In this document: positions 57,893-64,000 of the stretch, piece after piece | Layout of the letters: each line of letters opens with the position of its first letter | Numbering within the stretch: position 1 is the stretch's first letter | From: Eledone cirrhosa | Lineage: Eukaryota | Assembly (NCBI GenBank): GCA_964016885.1 | Contig: CAXHJY010000903.1 | Span: 4,735-68,734 of the forward strand | Direction of reading: 5' to 3' | DNA length: 64,000 nucleotides | Position numbers and translations under genes: made by a program | Notes under the pieces: generated by a model | What the model saw: only the letters and a program-made list of their open reading frames with translations | Databases searched by the model: none | Told to the model about the DNA's origin: nothing

Positions 57893-59353
57893 ATGGCGGA
57901 AAAGATGGCAGACATGTCTGCCATTAGCTCTGCCACGCCCCCCAAGTCTGAAGAACAAAAAATAATTACAACAAAATTAGACATTGAAACAAACAAACAA
58001 AATGAAAAAACAAATGTTAAGGAAAATGAGCAAACAGAAAACAAACAAACAGAAAATAATACAAATAACGACAGGGCAACTTTCGCCCAGAAAACAAAGC
58101 AATCCATTACATACACACCAATTGACCTAACTGCCGCCAGAGAAAAACTGGCCGAAGCAAAGAAACATATTGTTTTGGGTGAGAACGGAATGTTTTCCAT
58201 TAACTCTCCCCCAGAATTCAAGAAAGCCAGAGCAGAAAACACAGTTATATACAGAACTATACTAAACCAGTCAAGAAAGCCAGCACAGCCCAGCCAAATG
58301 GAAATAGAGTTAGTCCTAAAAGACTATATGAAGAATATTCTCTTCATACGAAAGGACCGACTCTATGGCAGCATTTCGGTCCTAACAAGAGACAAAGAAA
58401 CCGCGGTTCAGCTTTCCCTAAGCCCACTCTCGTCGACAACATATAGCTTCTATCCCTCCTACATGGGTAGAAGAACACAGAGAATAAAAGTAAAAACAAT
58501 GCTGCCCACAATGGACTTCTGGTGGGCTATTGCTGGCTTCATTGATATGGGCGAAGACACTATGCTGTCAATGGGGAAGGCAACTGGAGATGCGTTCCTG
58601 GGAATGGGCCTCGACATACTAGTCCAAATGAGGCCCGAAAGAATAGCACAAATCCCGGATCGCATCTGGCTGGATGACCTTACCCCAATAGACATAATTG
58701 TAGAGGGGAGAAGACCAGCATGCTATTTATGCATGGAAAGGGGACACGTTAAGGCTAACTGCCCGAAACGTATCCCCCAAAAAGGACTATTGCCCACACC
58801 CACCACAAACAGTACACCAGCACCACCCACCTCCAAAAATACACTAATACCACACACAGCAAACAAAATACAGACACCACCAACCACAAACACAACACAA
58901 ACATCACCACCACCAGCACCAAACACAAGCACGACACAAAAATCACCACCACCAACCACAACACAAACATCACCACCACCATTACCAACCACAAGCACGA
59001 CACAAACATTACCACCACCACCACCACAAAACCCATTCCAAACAAATAATAAAAAAAACAGTAACAAATCTACCCCTCCCGCAAAAAAAAAACAACCACA
59101 CAACACGTCCCTCCCACCTAGCGCTGAAGAGTTTCCCCCAACTTCTGAAGAAGAAGGAGGAGAAGCCTTCAGACAAGTTAAAAGAAAAAAAAGAAAACAC
59201 ACACCCAGCACACCACAAATAACCCACACACAAACACCAACTCCAATCAAAAACACCCCACCCTCAACAAACAAAAATAAATCTGCGCCTCCCCTCTCCG
59301 AAACATTGACAGCATCACAAAAAAAAGACGTTGCAATACACATATATAAATAA
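57893..59353 (+). CDS. LINE ORF1 (nucleic-acid-binding, CCHC zinc knuckle), N-terminal part
   Basis: First ATG at 57893; CYLCMERGHVKANC = CX2CX4HX4C, followed by a P/T-rich linker and basic KRKKRK, as in Tx1 ORF1. Confidence 0.85.
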   Translation: MAEKMADMSAISSATPPKSEEQKIITTKLDIETNKQNEKTNVKENEQTENKQTENNTNNDRATFAQKTKQSITYTPIDLTAAREKLAEAKKHIVLGENGMFSINSPPEFKKARAENTVIYRTILNQSRKPAQPSQMEIELVLKDYMKNILFIRKDRLYGSISVLTRDKETAVQLSLSPLSSTTYSFYPSYMGRRTQRIKVKTMLPTMDFWWAIAGFIDMGEDTMLSMGKATGDAFLGMGLDILVQMRPERIAQIPDRIWLDDLTPIDIIVEGRRPACYLCMERGHVKANCPKRIPQKGLLPTPTTNSTPAPPTSKNTLIPHTANKIQTPPTTNTTQTSPPPAPNTSTTQKSPPPTTTQTSPPPLPTTSTTQTLPPPPPQNPFQTNNKKNSNKSTPPAKKKQPHNTSLPPSAEEFPPTSEEEGGEAFRQVKRKKRKHTPSTPQITHTQTPTPIKNTPPSTNKNKSAPPLSETLTASQKKDVAIHIYK

Positions 59354-59729
59354 AGAAAACAAAAAACTGGTTAAATTAATAAACAATAACCCTATGGTGC
59401 AGACCGAAGGGCCAAACTTTATCTCAACAGAGAACTTCACCCATTTAAAAATGATAAAGGTCCCTCTGGACCTTTATCGTTCCTTAAAAGAACAATTTAG
59501 ACGGGACGTGAGCCCCCCCTGTTTAAAACCGTTGAATCGCGTCCTCTTGAAAGATTTCCCCATAACCGCCCCTCTCCCTGACACAACTCCAAATACCCCA
59601 ACCCCACCACACACGTGTACCCCCACACCACCACAAAACATCCCTCCACCCAACACACCTGATGCCATGGAAATTACGCAACCCGGAGAGGTAAGTGCTT
59701 TTCTTTCTTCACTTTCAACACCAAAATAG
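59327..59729 (+). CDS. Probable C-terminal part of ORF1 (+1 frame)
   Basis: Fills the gap to ORF2; removing one A from the A8 run (59319-59326) fuses it to ORF1 (QKKTLQYTYINKE...), giving about 611 aa. Confidence 0.65.
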
Positions 59730-59734
59730 ATCAA

Positions 59735-62700
59735 TTGAGAGTTGGCTGTTTGAACGCGCGTGGCCTGAGCTCAGCTTGGAAGCAAGCAAAGCTTCTAAGT
59801 GACCTCAGGTCACAAAGTATAGATGTGATGGTTGTTTGCGAGAGTCGGATCAGCAGCGTGAGACAGCTGGCGCCCGCCTTCGATGACTTTGAGATGCACG
59901 CATCTCTCTGTCAACCCGGAGGTGGGGGGGGAGTTGCCGTACTGCTGGATAAACGTCTGACTCTCGACGTACAGATTGTTCACTCGGACCCGGGGGGTCG
60001 ATTACTGGTGCTGGACGTCGGAGGTGGTGAAGGCGGGGCTTTCAGACTGGTCGGTCTTTATGCTCCTTTCGGGGCGGAGAGAGCCGACTTCTTCCAACGT
60101 CTGGAAACTTTTCTAGGAACGTCGCGTTCCCTGCTTTTAGTGGGTGACTGGAATGGAATCCTAGATGCGCGTTGGGACTATGCAGGGGCATGTCCCGATA
60201 GAGGGGGGTGTAGCAGCCTCAAGGGGTTACTCGATCGATTCGACCTGGTCGATAGATTTCGACTAGATTGTCCAACTGCGCCAACCTGGACCTGGGCAAA
60301 CCGCAGTGGACAATCTAGATCGTACCTAGATAGGTTTTTGGTTAGGAGTAAGGATAGGGACGTATTTAGTTGTCCAGAACTGATCATGGTTGGCTATTCA
60401 GATCACAAATTAGTGACCTGCGTGGTCAACCTTGATAGAACGCATAGACAGGGTCCCGGTTACTGGAAGATGAACTTGTCCTTACCGACAAAGAAAGATT
60501 ACAGAAACCGGATTAGTAGCTTAGTTAAGATGCGGTTGACGGGAGCGATCGTCAACAGTAGGTGGTGGATATCTCTAAAGAGAGAGATTAGAGTAAGTTC
60601 GATAGGTTACAGTAAGGAACTAGCGGCGAATAGAAATAGGAGGGAAAGGGAGTTAACAGATAAACTAGAAGAGGTGATTAGGAGCGGAGACGTAGCCAGA
60701 GTGTTAGCGACGAGAACGGCATTGAGCCAGTTCTTTGACGCGAAGCACGAAGGCTGCGTTGTCCGAAGTAAAATACGTGCTTTAGGAAACGAGGGGACCA
60801 AAGCTGTTAGCTGGGCCCGCGTGACAGAAGCCAAGAGTGGGATTAAATCCACCATTCGGTCTTTGCGAGACCAGGATGGACGGGTGATCCTTGAACCTGA
60901 GCGAATGTGCGAGACCTTTCAAAGGCACTTTGCTCGACTGTTCGGAGGTGGCGGGGGGCCGGACGGGGATGTGGACTTCGGTCCATACCTCGACGGTCTA
61001 CCGCGTCTTTCGAGCGGCGAAGCGGAGTGCTGCGAAGGGCCAATCACAGCCACTGAAATCGGGGAAGCGCTCAGCCAATGCAGCAGACGCAAATCCCCGG
61101 GTCTCGATGGTCTACCATACGAACTTTATTTAGCTATGCCGGTCTTGTTCTCCGAACTCCTCGAGGCTGTCTATTGCAACTGGCAACAGAACGGGAGAAT
61201 TCCCTGTTCTGTGACCAAGGGCGTGGTCACGCTAGTGAGGAAGGACGAGAGCAAGGGGGACGACTTAAGTAACTTTAGGCCCATAACTCTGCTGAATGCA
61301 GAGTTACAGATTTTGGCCAAGGTGTTGGCGAAGAGGTTGGCGCTTGTGGTGGGTGGTTTGGTGGGAGACGCGCAGACATGCGCTATCCCGTCCAGGTCCA
61401 TTCACGACAACCTCCACCTCATGCGATACATCATAGAGAGGGTTGGCTACGAACCCGGCTTTGGTGGGGCCCTGATCAACTTGGATCAATCTAAGGCGTT
61501 CGATAGGGTCGACCATGGTTACCTGGATGCGGTGCTAGCGGCGGCGGGCTTCGGACCCGTTTTCAGGGGCTGGATTTCTGCCATGCACAGTGGCAACATC
61601 TACTCTAGGATTAAAGTAAACGGCTACCTCTCGGAGCCGTTTCAAATCACCCGATCCATCAGACAGGGGTGCCCCCTCTCCTCCCTTCTGTACGTATTGA
61701 CTCTCGAGCCACTGCTGCGGAAGTTGGAGTTGCTGCGGGGCATACCCCTGGAACCGGGATTGCACAAAGCGGTCTCGGCCTATGCCGACGACGTAACAGT
61801 AATGGTGGCGGACGCCTCGGAAATCGGGGCGATCGCCACCCTACTGGAGGAATACGAAAGGCTGACGGGGGCTAAGCTGAACCAGGACAAGTCAGTCGGT
61901 TTGCAACTCGGAACGTGGAGGGGCAAACCGATGCCGTTAGACGGTGTCGTCGGGCGGTGGACGGAGGGCCCGGTGAAGCTGCTCGGGGTCTGGTTCGGAC
62001 CGGACCTCCAGGTGGAGAAGAATTGGGGCGAGGTGACGAGCAGGGTGTTTGCGCTGACCCAGAAGTGGGCCAAGTGCAAACTATCACTGAAAGGTCGGGC
62101 GGAGGTGACGAACGCTTACATAGCGTCCGTCATCTACTACCGCCTGACCGTCGTGCCTTGCCCCAAGGAAAAGCTCACCATCATGGAACGCATGCTCTTC
62201 CAGTTCCTCTGGAAGAAGCGGCCTCCCATGGTGAGGAGATCCATCTGCTGCCAGCACCCTTCGAAAGGAGGGCTGGGTATGCCGTGGCTGTTGATGCGTA
62301 GGCACGCATTGAGGCTACGGCATCTACAGGTATTCCTCAACGGTCAGCCGGTGTGGGCCCCGTTTGTGAGGCGAGCCTTCCCACAGCTCGTCTCGCTCAC
62401 CGAACTGCAATCCTGGGTGAAGCAAAGACCGAGAAAACTGGGCAACTGGCACACTGAGTGTGCCCAGGCGCTCACGGCTATCTGGCAAGCGGACCCGACT
62501 GTCAGTGGAGAATCCACCTCGACATTCTATAGAGGGTTGGTGGCTAGCAGGGGCGACGACACCCTTGGAGAGTCGCTAGGCATGGAGGAGGACGAACTGG
62601 CCAGCCTGTTCGGTAGAACTTTCGGCCCGGGACCCATGGACAACTTCCAGAGGTCCCTAGCCTGGCAGTGTTACCGGGGGGCTCTGCCCGTTCGAGAAAA

Positions 62701-63163
62701 GCTCTACAGACACGGGCGCCCGGGCAGGGATCCCGCGAAAAAGATCTGTCCCAGATGCGTGCGCGACGAGGAAACCGTTGCGCATGCACTGGTACACTGC
62801 CCGGGCGTTGCCGATCTGTGGGGCTACGTCGAACGACTGCTGTCGCGTGTGGCGCCGATTCGATTAACCGCCGAGTCTGTGGTGAACATCAAGCCGCCTC
62901 CTCCCTTCAGAAATGAAGCAGAGGCGGTCTTTCTGTGCGTAATAGCCATGATGAAAGAGGTTGTGTGGTGGACGCGCCTGAAAGGTCTGAGGTCGGGTGA
63001 CTTTCTCTCCGGCCATCACCTGGTTTACTTCTTCCGATACCACTTCGGAAGAAGAATCAGGATGGAGAGAGAAGTGCTTGGTCCCAGACAGTTTTATGAA
63101 AGGTGGGTGAAAGAAGCGAGAATGGCCCGTGTAAATGGGCCTTCTCTCTACATTGTTCTGTAG
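59735..63163 (+). CDS. LINE ORF2: AP endonuclease, reverse transcriptase, C-terminal zinc finger
   Basis: APE motifs LNARG, GLYAP, GDWN, SYLDRF, SDH; RT motifs KSPGLDG, FRPITLLN, LDQSKAFDRV, IRQGCPLS, YADD, KLLGV; CPRC...ETVAHALVHC. 1142 codons with no stop; begins at TTG. Confidence 0.97.
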   Translation: MRVGCLNARGLSSAWKQAKLLSDLRSQSIDVMVVCESRISSVRQLAPAFDDFEMHASLCQPGGGGGVAVLLDKRLTLDVQIVHSDPGGRLLVLDVGGGEGGAFRLVGLYAPFGAERADFFQRLETFLGTSRSLLLVGDWNGILDARWDYAGACPDRGGCSSLKGLLDRFDLVDRFRLDCPTAPTWTWANRSGQSRSYLDRFLVRSKDRDVFSCPELIMVGYSDHKLVTCVVNLDRTHRQGPGYWKMNLSLPTKKDYRNRISSLVKMRLTGAIVNSRWWISLKREIRVSSIGYSKELAANRNRRERELTDKLEEVIRSGDVARVLATRTALSQFFDAKHEGCVVRSKIRALGNEGTKAVSWARVTEAKSGIKSTIRSLRDQDGRVILEPERMCETFQRHFARLFGGGGGPDGDVDFGPYLDGLPRLSSGEAECCEGPITATEIGEALSQCSRRKSPGLDGLPYELYLAMPVLFSELLEAVYCNWQQNGRIPCSVTKGVVTLVRKDESKGDDLSNFRPITLLNAELQILAKVLAKRLALVVGGLVGDAQTCAIPSRSIHDNLHLMRYIIERVGYEPGFGGALINLDQSKAFDRVDHGYLDAVLAAAGFGPVFRGWISAMHSGNIYSRIKVNGYLSEPFQITRSIRQGCPLSSLLYVLTLEPLLRKLELLRGIPLEPGLHKAVSAYADDVTVMVADASEIGAIATLLEEYERLTGAKLNQDKSVGLQLGTWRGKPMPLDGVVGRWTEGPVKLLGVWFGPDLQVEKNWGEVTSRVFALTQKWAKCKLSLKGRAEVTNAYIASVIYYRLTVVPCPKEKLTIMERMLFQFLWKKRPPMVRRSICCQHPSKGGLGMPWLLMRRHALRLRHLQVFLNGQPVWAPFVRRAFPQLVSLTELQSWVKQRPRKLGNWHTECAQALTAIWQADPTVSGESTSTFYRGLVASRGDDTLGESLGMEEDELASLFGRTFGPGPMDNFQRSLAWQCYRGALPVREKLYRHGRPGRDPAKKICPRCVRDEETVAHALVHCPGVADLWGYVERLLSRVAPIRLTAESVVNIKPPPPFRNEAEAVFLCVIAMMKEVVWWTRLKGLRSGDFLSGHHLVYFFRYHFGRRIRMEREVLGPRQFYERWVKEARMARVNGPSLYIVL

Positions 63164-63394
63164 GTGAAGAAGTGAAGAGGAAAGGGGGAGCGCCTCCTCT
63201 CTGGGCTTCCCCCGCGAAAAGAGTTGCACACTTTTCGGGGGTATGTGCAATCCCCAACACGCCCCCTCCCTTTTGAGGACTTTTTATTGTTATATTATTA
63301 TTGTTATTCCTTTTTTCTTTACTCGATTTATGTAAACTCCCCCACTGTGTAAATGTCCCCTTCTTTTATGCCCTCGTGGCAAATAAATAGAAAT

Positions 63395-63428
<34 letters not shown>

Positions 63429-63461
63429 GTCTGTCTATCTATCATCACCTCACTCTTCGTG

Positions 63462-63503
<42 letters not shown>

Positions 63504-63504
63504 T

Positions 63505-63939
63505 ATAATTGTTTCTACGTTAGGCACAAGGCCAGTAATCACCCAGTGTATTACTGGTACTTTATTTTATCGACCCCGTAAGGATGAAAGGCAAAGTCAA
63601 CCTCGGCGGGATTTGAACTCAGATCATAAAGGGACATAACTGTGCTGCAAAGCATGGCGTCCACCCCTCTACCGATATATATAATTGTTTCTACTTTTGG
63701 CACAAGGCCAGCAATTAACCCAGTGTATTACTGGTACTTTATTTTATCGACCCCGAAAGGATGAAAGGCAAAGTTAACCTCGGCGGGATTTGAACTCAGA
63801 ATGGCAAGGGCCGTAACTCTATGCGTCAAAGCATGACGTCCGACCCTCTACTGATAATGATATATATATATATATAATATATATATATATAATTGTTTCT
63901 ACTTTAGGCACAAGGCCAGCAATTACCCAGTGCATTACT

Positions 63940-63943
<4 letters not shown>
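63505..63943 (-). mobile_element. Cluster of three SINE copies in a (TA)n array
   Basis: 63505-63676 and 63682-63854 near full-length; 63889-63943 is the 3' tail only. Confidence 0.9.
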
Positions 63944-63991
<48 letters not shown>

Positions 63992-64000
63992 ATATATATA

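Larger units (their letters stand above)
57691..63395 (+). mobile_element. Apparently full-length Tx1/L1-group non-LTR retrotransposon
   Basis: ~200-nt 5' UTR, gag-like ORF1, APE-RT-ZnF ORF2, ~230-nt 3' UTR with AATAAA near the end; flanked by (TC)n-TATCTATCT on the left and (TATC)n on the right. Confidence 0.92.

Noticed and set aside
60178-63260. Small alternative-frame and antisense ORFs inside ORF2
   Set aside because: Expected shadows of a GC-rich coding sequence; no motifs.

Overview
AT-rich, repeat-saturated animal genomic DNA. The dominant tRNA-derived SINE and the long (TA)n/(TG)n/(CAC)n arrays resemble an octopod cephalopod genome (recalled, not verified). No host protein-coding gene, rRNA, tRNA or CRISPR array can be supported, and almost all ORFs in the track are translations of microsatellites. 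The only substantial coding unit is a nearly intact 5.7-kb Tx1/L1-group LINE (57691-63395). It has a CCHC-knuckle ORF1 split by a 1-nt frameshift and an uninterrupted APE-RT-zinc finger ORF2, and sits in a (TC)n(TATC)n microsatellite. Its ORF2 lacks an N-terminal AUG and its 3' UTR can form an H-type pseudoknot. The main hidden signal is about a dozen type I hammerhead ribozyme motifs, intact to degenerate, in non-coding Penelope-like remnants. They include a canonical one with a 12-nt palindromic stem III (8899-8982), a U3-A8 variant (4264-4310), and a pair in a perfect 205-bp inverted repeat (34290-34948) whose atypical fold is supported by covariation in a diverged relative at 48.4 kb. Also present: RTE, CR1 and R4/Dong-type LINE fragments, a piggyBac-type MITE, a mariner-type MITE expanded into a 143-bp array, about 20 SINE copies, several minisatellites and recurrent fold-back structures. 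All calls were made by eye; boundaries of degenerate elements are approximate.
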